This document shows positions 8,452 through 17,087 of a stretch of 32,000 nucleotides of DNA, in pieces. Source of the DNA: Gammaproteobacteria bacterium. Lineage in GTDB: Bacteria > Pseudomonadota > Gammaproteobacteria > JBIOEC01. The position numbers and the translations under genes were made by a program. Position 1 is the first letter of the stretch. The number at the start of each line of letters is the position of its first letter. The notes beneath the pieces were generated by a model, which saw only the letters and a program-made list of their open reading frames with translations, was not told the origin of the DNA and searched no databases. The DNA lies in NCBI GenBank assembly GCA_965279305.1, contig OZ257143.1, positions 1,230,001 to 1,262,000 on the forward strand, given 5' to 3'.

Positions 8452-8898
8452 ATGGACGTTATTTTATTACAGAAAGTACGTAAACTAGGTGGAGTGGGCG
8501 ATAAAGTTCATGTTAAACCTGGATATGCGCGTAATTATTTAATTCCAGGCGGAAGAGCGGTATTCGCTACCCCTGAAAACATTGAAAGAGTAGCTGCACA
8601 GCGTGCTGAGCTAGAAAAAGCAGCAGCTGAAATGCTAAAAGTAGCAGAAGGGCGTGCTGAAAAATTAAAATCATTACAAGTATCTTTAGCTGCACAAGCC
8701 AGTGAAGAAGGTAAATTGTATGGTTCTGTTGGTGTACGCGAATTAGCGGATGCTATCACAGCGGCTGGTGTTGACGTAGAAAAACAAGAAGTACGTTTAC
8801 CAGAAGGTCCTATTCATTATGTAGGTAACTACGAAATCGCTTTGCAGTTACATAGTGATGTAACCGTAATAGTTCCTGTAGCAATTGTTCCCGAATAA
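8452..8898 (+). CDS. rplI: 50S ribosomal protein L9
   Basis: MDVILLQKVRKLGGVGDKVHVKPGYARNYLIP is the canonical L9 N-terminus. I prefer the ATG at 8452 (GTGAGG RBS upstream) over the ORF-track GTG at 8440. Confidence 0.95.
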   Translation: MDVILLQKVRKLGGVGDKVHVKPGYARNYLIPGGRAVFATPENIERVAAQRAELEKAAAEMLKVAEGRAEKLKSLQVSLAAQASEEGKLYGSVGVRELADAITAAGVDVEKQEVRLPEGPIHYVGNYEIALQLHSDVTVIVPVAIVPE

Positions 8899-8939
8899 TC
8901 AGAACTTACGCAAAACGTGCGTCGTTAAAGGGATTATGA

Positions 8940-10319
8940 ATGAGCACATATACATCTACTCGTCTAGCTGAGACTACCACTCCTCCACATTCAATTGAAG
9001 CGGAGAGAGCGGTATTAGGCGGGTTGATGTTAGATGTGAATGGCTGGGAACGTATTGCAGGTAAAGTTCAAGAAGGCGATTTTTACCGCCATGATCACCG
9101 TTTAATTTTTCGCACTATCCATCATCTCGCTGAACATAATCAACCTCTTGATGTAGTTACCCTATCTGAACATTTAAATCGCGCAGGCCAGCTTACAGAA
9201 GCCGGTGGCATGCCTTATTTGATCGATCTTGCTAAAAATACTCCGAGTGCTGCCAATATTATTGCTTACGCCGATATCGTGCATGAGCGGGCAGTACTGC
9301 GCGATTTAATTGGGATCGGACAAGATATTGCACATAGCGCTTATCATCCTAATGGACGAGAGCCTAGCGAGTTACTAGATGAAGCTGAGCGCAAAGTATT
9401 TGCGATTGCTGAGCGTGGTATGCGTGAGGGCGGCCCTGAGCCCATTAAAACTATTCTAGCGAGAACCGTTGATAAAATTGATCAACTTTTCCATAGTGAT
9501 TCTTCTATTACGGGTTTATCAACCGGCTATATTGATCTTGATAAAATGACAGCGGGTTTGCAACCGGGTGATTTAGTGATTGTTGCAGGTCGACCTTCAA
9601 TGGGTAAAACCACTTTCGCCATGAATATTGCTGAGCATGCCGCATTGAATCAAAGTAAACCCGTATTAGTATTTAGCTTAGAAATGCCAGGCGAATCATT
9701 AGTCATGCGCTTGCTATCTTCTATGGGCAGAGTCGAGCAAACCCGTTTACGAAATGGTAAATTAACTGAAGATGATTGGCCTCGTTTTACTTCCGCTGTG
9801 GCTATTTTAAGTGAGCGTGCCAATTTATTTATTGATGACGCTTCTGGTATTGGTCCTACTGAATTACGCGCGCGCGCGCGTCGTTTGCAACGTGAACACG
9901 GATCTATTGGTTTAATTGTAATCGATTATTTACAGCTCATGACAGTTCCTGGACATAAAGAAAATAGAACAGCAGAAATTTCAGAAATTTCTCGATCATT
10001 AAAACTATTAGCAAAAGAATTAGAAACACCGATTATTGCACTTTCTCAGTTGAATCGTAGTTTGGAAAATCGTCCGAACAATAAACGTCCGATTATGTCA
10101 GATTTGCGTGAATCAGGAGCGATTGAGCAAGATGCAGACGTGATTGCATTTGTATATAGAGATGAAGTGTATAACAAAGATACGCAAGACAAAGGTATTG
10201 CAGAGATCATTATTGGTAAGCAACGGAATGGGCCGATAGGAACCGTGCGCCTATTATTTCAAGGCGAGTTTTCACGTTTTGAAAACCTGGCGTCAGACAG
10301 TTACGAAGAATTTAACTAA
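8940..10319 (+). CDS. dnaB: Replicative DNA helicase DnaB
   Basis: PPHSIEAERAVLGGLM, Walker A GRPSMGKTTFA, IDYLQLM and SQLNRSLENR are present. At 459 aa it carries no intein. Confidence 0.97.
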   Translation: MSTYTSTRLAETTTPPHSIEAERAVLGGLMLDVNGWERIAGKVQEGDFYRHDHRLIFRTIHHLAEHNQPLDVVTLSEHLNRAGQLTEAGGMPYLIDLAKNTPSAANIIAYADIVHERAVLRDLIGIGQDIAHSAYHPNGREPSELLDEAERKVFAIAERGMREGGPEPIKTILARTVDKIDQLFHSDSSITGLSTGYIDLDKMTAGLQPGDLVIVAGRPSMGKTTFAMNIAEHAALNQSKPVLVFSLEMPGESLVMRLLSSMGRVEQTRLRNGKLTEDDWPRFTSAVAILSERANLFIDDASGIGPTELRARARRLQREHGSIGLIVIDYLQLMTVPGHKENRTAEISEISRSLKLLAKELETPIIALSQLNRSLENRPNNKRPIMSDLRESGAIEQDADVIAFVYRDEVYNKDTQDKGIAEIIIGKQRNGPIGTVRLLFQGEFSRFENLASDSYEEFN

Positions 10320-10325
10320 ACCACT

Positions 10326-10355
10326 GGGGCAGGAAAACTGCCCCTGCCATTTTTG
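10326..10355. terminator. Rho-independent terminator between convergent dnaB and csp
   Basis: The hairpin GGGGCAG-GAAAA-CTGCCCC (alternatively GGCAGG/CCTGCC) is followed by ATTTTTGTTT. It lies 6 nt after the dnaB stop and could act on both strands. Confidence 0.6.
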
Positions 10356-10361
10356 TTTCGT

Positions 10362-10610
10362 TTAAGCTTCTTCTGCAAGAGCTGTTTCTAATGCTGTTAC
10401 ATTAGTTGCAGCAGGGCCACGACCTCTATCAAGTAAAGTAAACTCTACTTGTTGTTGAGGTTTTAATGTTTTAAATCCGCTACCCATAATGTCTTGGTAA
10501 TAAACAAATACATCACCTTTGACAGGATGCTCAATAAAACCGTATCCTTTTGCGTTATTGAACCACTTTACTGTACCCGTTTCACGAGTCGTATTTTCGC
10601 TGGCTTGCAT
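10362..10610 (-). CDS. Cold-shock domain protein (CspA family)
   Basis: GTVKWFNNAKGYGFI (RNP1-like) and DVFVYY (RNP2-like) are present. An AGGAGGAG RBS precedes the start. There are short N- and C-terminal extensions relative to 70-aa Csp proteins. Confidence 0.9.
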   Translation of the reverse strand: MQASENTTRETGTVKWFNNAKGYGFIEHPVKGDVFVYYQDIMGSGFKTLKPQQQVEFTLLDRGRGPAATNVTALETALAEEA

Positions 10611-10832
10611 ATGTACTCCTCCTTACTATTACTGATAATAACCAGAGTATAAGGAAGATATGTGAAACTGTATGCGCGTGATTACGGTGTTGTTGCGTAA
10701 GCCTTTTACGCAATGTAAATTGCGAGATTTGCTATGCATGCTATAGTTTTATTGCAATTGTGAATAGCACGTTTTAAAAATGTGCAGATGTTTACTATAC
10801 TATAAAATAATTTTGTTAACGAGGAGATAAGT

Positions 10833-11312
10833 ATGATGAAATCTAAATTAGTGGGTTTAGCATTAATTGCTACCGCTGCATTTTTAGCGCCATTAACAGC
10901 GTTTTCATGCCAAACATCGGATCTTAAAATAAGCAACGTGACAGTATTAGCCGGTCCTCCAGGACAATTAAATACCGCAGGATATGCACAGTTTCATAAT
11001 CAAGGAAAAGAAGCGTGTGTAATAACAGGCGCTACCAGTTCTATTTCGCAAACAGTAGAACTACACACAGTAACAGAAACCAACGGCATGATGAAAATGC
11101 AAAAAGTTTCTGAATTTACCGTTCCGGCTAATGGCGATTTAGTATTAGCACCCGGTGGAAACCACTTAATGTTTATGAAGCTTAATCACACGCTAAAACC
11201 CAAAGAAGAAGTCTCTATGACATTACTCTTTAAAGACGGTAAACAATTGCCTGTTAAAGCCACTGTGCAAGATATGCGTGAAAACATAAAAATGGACCAT
11301 TCCGGCCATTAA
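10833..11312 (+). CDS. Periplasmic copper chaperone PCu(A)C (DUF461 family)
   Basis: An N-terminal signal peptide is present. The motif H-X10-M-X21-H-X-M is matched exactly in LHTVTETNGMMKM...PGGNHLM. GAGGAG RBS. No sco/senC partner lies in the window. Confidence 0.85.
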   Translation: MMKSKLVGLALIATAAFLAPLTAFSCQTSDLKISNVTVLAGPPGQLNTAGYAQFHNQGKEACVITGATSSISQTVELHTVTETNGMMKMQKVSEFTVPANGDLVLAPGGNHLMFMKLNHTLKPKEEVSMTLLFKDGKQLPVKATVQDMRENIKMDHSGH

Positions 11313-11317
11313 ACTAA

Positions 11318-11845
11318 CTAGGCTTTATATCTGTTGAGACCGTTCATAATTTCTTTATGAGCGGTTTCTATTCCATCCCAGCTATCTAATTTCACCCATT
11401 TACCTGGTTCTAAGGCTTTGTATTGCTCAAAGAAGTGGGTGATTTGCTTGGTAATTAACTCGGGTAAATCCGTATACGTTTTAATATCATTATAAAGAGG
11501 TGTGAGCTTTGAGTGTGGCACGGCCAATACTTTTACGTCATAGCCAGCATCATCTTCCATTTTTAAAATCCCAATAGGGCGGCAACGGATCACACAGCCT
11601 GCGATTAATGGATAAGGGGTAAGCACTAATACATCTACTGGATCGCCATCTTCCGCCAAGGTGTGAGGAATAAAGCCATAGTTACAAGGGTATCTCATAC
11701 CGGTAGAAATAAAACGGTCTACATTCAGCACTCCGCTGGCTTTGTCGATTTCGTATTTAATAGGATCGCCATTAGCGGGAATTTCAATAATTACATTAAT
11801 ATCGTCGGGTAAGGCTTTGCCCGCGCTAATTTCATTCATATTCAT
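11318..11845 (-). CDS. ppa: Inorganic pyrophosphatase, family I
   Basis: [40 protein letters not shown] and [14 protein letters not shown] are present in a 175-aa product. Confidence 0.95.
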   Translation of the reverse strand: MNMNEISAGKALPDDINVIIEIPANGDPIKYEIDKASGVLNVDRFISTGMRYPCNYGFIPHTLAEDGDPVDVLVLTPYPLIAGCVIRCRPIGILKMEDDAGYDVKVLAVPHSKLTPLYNDIKTYTDLPELITKQITHFFEQYKALEPGKWVKLDSWDGIETAHKEIMNGLNRYKA

Positions 11846-11915
11846 AATGGTAATCCTATAATATCGTTAATCTGGCTATTTTACCTGAAAAACCAAAAGA
11901 CGCCAGCCTTAAAAA

Positions 11916-13634
11916 TCATACCGGTTGGGCTGCTGCTTGTGGTATCAGGGGAGTCGGTGCTAAGACAGGCTGAGCGCATTGGGTGAATAGGGGTAAATTT
12001 GAAGAAAGTACTATCTTGGCGAGTTCATTTAAAATAAAGGGGTAGTCACCTCGATCTAATTGTTTCATATGTACTTTTGAAAAAAGAACCAATAAAAGAG
12101 TATAAGCGGTTTCTTTACTAATAATCGACTGAAAGAGTACGCTGTTGCTTCGTGTTTGAGCTAACGCACTAATATAGGTAAGTAATTTGGTATATGAATA
12201 GAGGCTCTCTCCATCAAGATAAGAATATTGAGGAAGTTTTCGGACACAGGATTGTACTTCGTCTAATAGTATCTTTTCAGCTTTAAAAGATTGGATCAAT
12301 AAATTAATAATATCTAAAGCATGATTTTGCGTAGAAAGTTTATGTTGAAAATAAAGACTTCTAAATTCAGTAAGTCTATAAACCAATAGCTGAAATAGAT
12401 AGGGCGTAGGTTTTGTTTTTATTTTTTCTAGATCATTAGGGGAAAGTGATGGTTTTTTATACGAACTCTTGGCACCATATAATTCAGTGATTAGTGTAGT
12501 ATGGGCTTTCTCTAAAATGACGGGAGCCAGTGATAAATGCTCTATCCCATAAAGCCTTGGCCAAGATCCCTGATTGACTAATACTATATTATTGATTTCT
12601 TGGAATGTTACCTTGGGCGAAAAAATTGGAATGGTAGTAACGGGTGACATTTCTTGAACAATAATAGGGAAAGGTGCCTGCGGTGTTACCGAATTTTCTT
12701 CGGCTGGCTTTTTATCTGCTTTTAGTTTTTTTCGTCTTTCTGTATATTCTGGAGTTTTTCTTTTTCTTTCAGAAGTAGTAATCGGTGGTAAAGCATTCAC
12801 TACGGGTGGAATATTATCCATAGGTTTAGGAGTGGAACTGCCAGAATCTGTTCTCTCCATTTCATCTTCACCTTCACCCCATAAAAATGGTGGTCTGAAT
12901 TTGATTGGTGATCTATTCCAATTAAAGTCATCGAGCGTTACTTCGTCTTCATAATCTTCTATTGGTTCAAGCTCAACTAATTTATTATGATCAGCCACAT
13001 CTACATCATCGGTTTTTTTAACTTCAGTATGAAATATAAAATTTGTTCCAACTAATTCAGTATTAAATACAAGATAGGGTATTGATAAGATAAGCTTATC
13101 TAGTTGTGAAGCAAAATCGCTTGGTCGTGTTTTTTTTCTACTTAAAATCAATAATAATAGGTCAGCTGCTATTTCTTTGTCTTTAGGGAAAATGTCAAAA
13201 AAATCTAGTTTTGCAATAGGATAGTTTTCATCTTGTTGTGTTAGAAAAAATAAAATCAGATTAAAAAGATGTTTTTCTGAGTCTGGATTGGCGATTTCTT
13301 TTTTTATTTTGTCTTTTGTTTTATTAAGAGTGATTCTAATTTTTTCAATTAAACCTTTACCATTTTTACTTTTATTTCTTTTAAGTAAAAAATAAATTAA
13401 TTTTAAAGTTGGATTTCTTGAGAGTGCGGGGTTTCTTTTAAAAGAATTATTATTTGAAAGCATAAAATGTAATAGATCTTTGATTTCTCCATGAATATAT
13501 GTATCAGATAATAATGCCTCCTTTCTTAAGGGGGGATGAATTTTTAAAAAGGTTTTATAAAATTCGTGCTCAAAATCTCGAGAGTGATTGGTATTGTGGC
13601 GTTTTTTACGAACCTGGCTTTTATCATCGGGCAT
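11916..13634 (-). CDS. Hypothetical 572-aa protein with no recognisable family. It has a helical N-domain, an acidic, Pro/Ser/Thr-rich and basic central linker, and a helical C-domain with an Ala/Pro tail
   Basis: This is a long uninterrupted ORF in a very AT-rich stretch that would otherwise be full of stops. No SD lies upstream of the ATG at 13634. No TM segment or catalytic motif is recognised. Confidence 0.7.
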   Translation of the reverse strand: MPDDKSQVRKKRHNTNHSRDFEHEFYKTFLKIHPPLRKEALLSDTYIHGEIKDLLHFMLSNNNSFKRNPALSRNPTLKLIYFLLKRNKSKNGKGLIEKIRITLNKTKDKIKKEIANPDSEKHLFNLILFFLTQQDENYPIAKLDFFDIFPKDKEIAADLLLLILSRKKTRPSDFASQLDKLILSIPYLVFNTELVGTNFIFHTEVKKTDDVDVADHNKLVELEPIEDYEDEVTLDDFNWNRSPIKFRPPFLWGEGEDEMERTDSGSSTPKPMDNIPPVVNALPPITTSERKRKTPEYTERRKKLKADKKPAEENSVTPQAPFPIIVQEMSPVTTIPIFSPKVTFQEINNIVLVNQGSWPRLYGIEHLSLAPVILEKAHTTLITELYGAKSSYKKPSLSPNDLEKIKTKPTPYLFQLLVYRLTEFRSLYFQHKLSTQNHALDIINLLIQSFKAEKILLDEVQSCVRKLPQYSYLDGESLYSYTKLLTYISALAQTRSNSVLFQSIISKETAYTLLLVLFSKVHMKQLDRGDYPFILNELAKIVLSSNLPLFTQCAQPVLAPTPLIPQAAAQPV

Positions 13635-13719
13635 AAAAATTCTGCTAAATAAAATGAATTAATCGGATTTTATAGGGTTTTTAGGATAATACAACACTAT
13701 TTATGCATATAGTGAGATA

Positions 13720-13728
13720 TGCTATAAT
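13720..13728 (+). promoter_or_regulatory. Candidate extended -10 promoter element for dusA (TGcTATAAT)
   Basis: TGC+TATAAT lies at 13720-13728, 35 nt upstream of the dusA ATG. There is no good -35. Confidence 0.35.
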
Positions 13729-13763
13729 CTACCGAATGGTTCATTTTATGCAGTAAATAAGCT

Positions 13764-14738
13764 ATGTTTCCTCAAAAAAGCGCTCTTTTAAGTATTGCTC
13801 CTATGATTGATTGGACAGATAGGCATTATCGCTATCTGATGCGCCAATTAACGCAGCACACCCTTTTATATACCGAAATGATTACCACGGGCGCTATTAT
13901 TTTTGGTGATGCTGAGCGGCATTTGGCGTATTCTCCTGCTGAAAATCCAGTCGTTTTACAATTAGGCGGCTGCGATCCTAAGGCTTTAGCCCAATCAGCA
14001 CGTTTAGGACAAGAGTACGGCTATGCAGAAATTAACTTGAATGTGGGCTGCCCAAGCGATCGCGTAAAATCAGGTAAATTTGGTGCCTGCTTAATGGCAG
14101 AACCTCAGTTGGTAGCGGAATGTATTGCAGCAATGAAAGACGCTTGTGATTTGCCTGTTACTGTAAAAACTCGTTTAGGTATTGATGATCAAGATAGTTA
14201 TGAATTTTTAGCAACTTTTACAGAGAAAGTCGCTGCTAGTGGTTGTGAAACGTTTATTATTCACGCCCGAAAAGCCTGGTTAAATGGATTAAGCCCAAAA
14301 GAAAATAGAGAAAAACCACCATTAAATTATGAGAGAGTTTATCAATTAAAAAAAGATTTTTCTGATTTGAATATTATTATTAATGGTGGTATTACCGATT
14401 TTGATACCGCCAAAGAGCAATTGAAACAAGTCGATGGTGTGATGATAGGGCGTATGGCTTATCATGATCCGTTTGCTTTTTCAGAAGTGGATCATTTATT
14501 TTTTGGCGCTGAAAAAAGTAATATCACTAGACATGATGTAGTAAAAGCCATGTTTCCGTATATGGAAGAGCAGTTAAGCCAAGGGGTGAGATTGCATTCG
14601 ATTACGCGCCATATGCTGAATTTATTTAATGGGCAACCTAGAGCCAGACAATGGCGTAGAGAATTGTCATCCATTTCTACCATGCCTTCAAACGAAGGTT
14701 TTCAGCTCTTGCAAAAAGCGCTATTAGAGATGGATTAG
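13764..14738 (+). CDS. dusA: tRNA-dihydrouridine(20/20a) synthase DusA
   Basis: LSIAPMIDWTDRHYRYLMRQLT, NLNVGCPSDRV and VTVKTRLGID are DusA-type motifs. Confidence 0.93.
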   Translation: MFPQKSALLSIAPMIDWTDRHYRYLMRQLTQHTLLYTEMITTGAIIFGDAERHLAYSPAENPVVLQLGGCDPKALAQSARLGQEYGYAEINLNVGCPSDRVKSGKFGACLMAEPQLVAECIAAMKDACDLPVTVKTRLGIDDQDSYEFLATFTEKVAASGCETFIIHARKAWLNGLSPKENREKPPLNYERVYQLKKDFSDLNIIINGGITDFDTAKEQLKQVDGVMIGRMAYHDPFAFSEVDHLFFGAEKSNITRHDVVKAMFPYMEEQLSQGVRLHSITRHMLNLFNGQPRARQWRRELSSISTMPSNEGFQLLQKALLEMD

Positions 14739-15997
14739 GGTTTTTTCCAAGGTTCTAATTTCTTTTCTTCGTAAGCTAATTCAAAACGTTGGTATGCCGG
14801 TAAACCTTTATGGAAAGGTGGATAATCTTCGCCTTGAATAAGCGGCAATAAATAACGTTTGCACAGATCCGTAATACCAAATCCATCTTCACTAATATAT
14901 TCAGGCGGCAATTTTTTTTCTATATTGGCTACTTTATCTAAAGCTGTATGATCAATACGCCACTGATAAGGTTCATCCGATTGGCGAACAATAATAGGTA
15001 ATACGGCATTATGTCCATCTATTGCTAATTTTACAGCAGCTTCACCTAAAGCATACGCTTGATCCACATCTACTTTTGCAGCTAAATGGCGAGCAGAGCG
15101 CTGTAAATAATCAGGAATAGCCCAATGATATTTGTAACCGAGTTCTTGTTTAATGAGTTGTGCAATCACAGGAGCAACGCCACCGAGTTGAGCGTGACCA
15201 AATGCATCTTTGGTACCGGTTTCAGAAATAAATTGGCCAGCGGCATTTTGCAAGCCTTCTGAAACCACAATCACACAGTATCCGCGATATTCCACGGTTT
15301 TTTTCACGCGATCTAAAAAAGCTTTTTGATCGAGAGGAATTTCTGGAAATAAAATAATATGAGGAGCATCACCTGGAAAACTAGAGGCTAATGCAGAGCT
15401 GGCAGCAATCCATCCGGCATGGCGTCCCATCACTTCCATAATAAATACTTTAGTAGAGGTCTCAGACATTGAGGCCACATCATAAGCGGCTTCACGTATA
15501 GAAGTGGCTACATATTTGGCCACACTACCAAAACCAGGGCAGTTATCAGTAAACGGTAAATCGTTATCAACTGTTTTAGGGATCCCTATGCATTGTATGG
15601 GATAACCCATCTTGTCGCAGAATTGAGAAATTTTGTTAGCCGTATCTTGAGAGTCTCCACCACCATTATAAAAAAAGTAACCGATATCATGGGCTTTAAA
15701 AACATCTAATAAGCGTTGATATTCTGCTTCATGTTTTTGCACATCTTTTAATTTGTAACGGCAAGATCCAAATGCGCCGCCGGGTGTGTAGCGTAAAGCA
15801 GCAATAGCTTCTGGTGATGCTTGGCTGATATCCATGAGCTCTTCATTCAGAGCGCCTAAAATACCATTTTTTCCTGCGAATATTTTATTAATATGTTCCG
15901 GATGTTTTTTAGCGGCTTGAATAACCCCACAAGCAGTCGCATTAATAACAGCGGTAACACCGCCAGATTGAGCATAAAACGCATTACGTGCAGCCAT
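14735..15997 (-). CDS. pfp: Pyrophosphate-dependent 6-phosphofructokinase (about 420 aa)
   Basis: PFK fold motifs are present: MAARNAFYAQSGGVTAVINA, NGGGDSQDTA, IGIPKTVDNDL and MGRHAGW. Asp and Lys occupy the positions equivalent to E. coli PfkA Gly104 and Gly124, which is the PPi signature. I prefer the ATG at 15997 (AAGGA RBS) over the ORF-track start at 16075. Confidence 0.88.
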   Translation of the reverse strand: MAARNAFYAQSGGVTAVINATACGVIQAAKKHPEHINKIFAGKNGILGALNEELMDISQASPEAIAALRYTPGGAFGSCRYKLKDVQKHEAEYQRLLDVFKAHDIGYFFYNGGGDSQDTANKISQFCDKMGYPIQCIGIPKTVDNDLPFTDNCPGFGSVAKYVATSIREAAYDVASMSETSTKVFIMEVMGRHAGWIAASSALASSFPGDAPHIILFPEIPLDQKAFLDRVKKTVEYRGYCVIVVSEGLQNAAGQFISETGTKDAFGHAQLGGVAPVIAQLIKQELGYKYHWAIPDYLQRSARHLAAKVDVDQAYALGEAAVKLAIDGHNAVLPIIVRQSDEPYQWRIDHTALDKVANIEKKLPPEYISEDGFGITDLCKRYLLPLIQGEDYPPFHKGLPAYQRFELAYEEKKLEPWKKP

Positions 15998-16088
15998 GAC
16001 AAAATCCTTATTTGAAAAGTTCTTATTATAGGGGTAAGTGAGTATTACAATGACATAAGTATAGGCAGGTTTCAACCTCCGGTGGGCA

Positions 16089-16097
16089 TGTTATAAT
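16089..16097 (+). promoter_or_regulatory. Candidate extended -10 promoter element for accA (TGtTATAAT)
   Basis: TGT+TATAAT lies at 16089-16097, 26 nt upstream of the accA ATG. This rests on a motif match only. Confidence 0.35.
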
Positions 16098-16123
16098 ATG
16101 GGGTACTTAAATAAGGTAGGGTT

Positions 16124-17083
16124 ATGAAAAGACACGTACTGGATTTTGAACAGCCGATTGCTGATTTGACCGCCAAGTTGGAAGAATTGAGGCGGGTAGG
16201 GGTAGCAGCCGATGCTAGCATGGCAGATGAAATTAACCGCTTAGAGGCTAAGATTAAAACGCTTCATGAGAGTACTTATGCCAATTTAACTGACTGGCAG
16301 GTCTCCCAGCTGGCCAGACATCCACAACGCCCTTATTTAATGGATTATATCCCTCTTATTTTCACCGAGTTCGACGAATTGCATGGGGATCGCCTTTTTG
16401 GGGATGACGAGTCTATCGTGGGCGGTACAGCGCGTTTAGATGGCCAGCCAGTGATGGTGATTGGGCATCAGAAAGGGCGTGATACCAAAGAAAAAATTCG
16501 CCGTAACTTTGGTATGCCTAACCCTGAAGGCTACCGCAAAGCCATGCGTTTAATGCAAATGGCAGAGCGCTTTCATATGCCTGTTTTAAACTTTATTGAT
16601 ACCGCAGGGGCTTACCCCGGTATTGGTGGGGAAGAGCGCGGCCAGGCAGAAGCTATTGCCCGTAACTTAGTGGTAATGGCCCAGCTTAAGACCCCTATTA
16701 TTTGTACTATTTTGGGTGAAGGTTGCTCGGGTGGTGCTTTGGCTATTGGTGTGGGCGATCGTTTGCTGATGCTTCAATATTCTACCTATTCGGTCATTAC
16801 CCCTGAAGGTTGTGCGAGTATTTTATGGAAGAGCGCCGAAAAAGCGCCTTTAGCCGCAGAAGCCATGAAAATGACCGCTTCTCGTTTATATGATTTAAAA
16901 GTAGCTGATGAAGTCGTTCCTGAACCTGCCGGTGGTGCTCATCAAGATGTTCCTTTAGTGGCAAAGCGTTTGCATGATGCGTTAATTGATAATTTACGCC
17001 CATTACAGCAACTTTCTACAGAGCAATTACTAGAACAACGCTACGATCGTTTAAGGCACTATGGCTTAAGCCATCTGGAATAG
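16124..17083 (+). CDS. accA: Acetyl-CoA carboxylase carboxyltransferase alpha subunit
   Basis: [42 protein letters not shown] and [12 protein letters not shown] are present. Confidence 0.96.
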   Translation: MKRHVLDFEQPIADLTAKLEELRRVGVAADASMADEINRLEAKIKTLHESTYANLTDWQVSQLARHPQRPYLMDYIPLIFTEFDELHGDRLFGDDESIVGGTARLDGQPVMVIGHQKGRDTKEKIRRNFGMPNPEGYRKAMRLMQMAERFHMPVLNFIDTAGAYPGIGGEERGQAEAIARNLVVMAQLKTPIICTILGEGCSGGALAIGVGDRLLMLQYSTYSVITPEGCASILWKSAEKAPLAAEAMKMTASRLYDLKVADEVVPEPAGGAHQDVPLVAKRLHDALIDNLRPLQQLSTEQLLEQRYDRLRHYGLSHLE

Positions 17084-17087
17084 TGTA

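Noticed and set aside
10706-10936. 76-aa minus-strand ORF spanning the csp leader and the PCu(A)C start
   Set aside because: It overlaps the well-supported PCu(A)C gene start and its signal-peptide codons. It has no RBS and no recognisable features.
13635-13763. PmrA-type tandem TTAATA boxes (Legionella/Coxiella effector regulon) upstream of the three orphan genes (also checked in 26969-27242)
   Set aside because: Only a single TTAATT lies upstream of the 572-aa gene, and none lies in the 717/877 intergenic region. No tandem repeat at ~11-nt spacing is present, so there is no support for PmrA control.
6633-14738. tRNA-Met and the dusA 5' end as integration hotspots, i.e. a genomic island carrying the mtn operon or the 572-aa orphan
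   Set aside because: No integrase, excisionase or transposase is present, and I found no direct repeats duplicating the tRNA 3' end or the dusA 5' end. The mtn genes resemble the core genes in composition.
15998-16075. 26-codon N-terminal extension of the PFK ORF
   Set aside because: PFK homology begins at MAARNAFYAQSGG. That ATG has an AAGGA RBS, and the extension is Tyr/Asn/Ile-rich junk that overlaps the accA promoter region.
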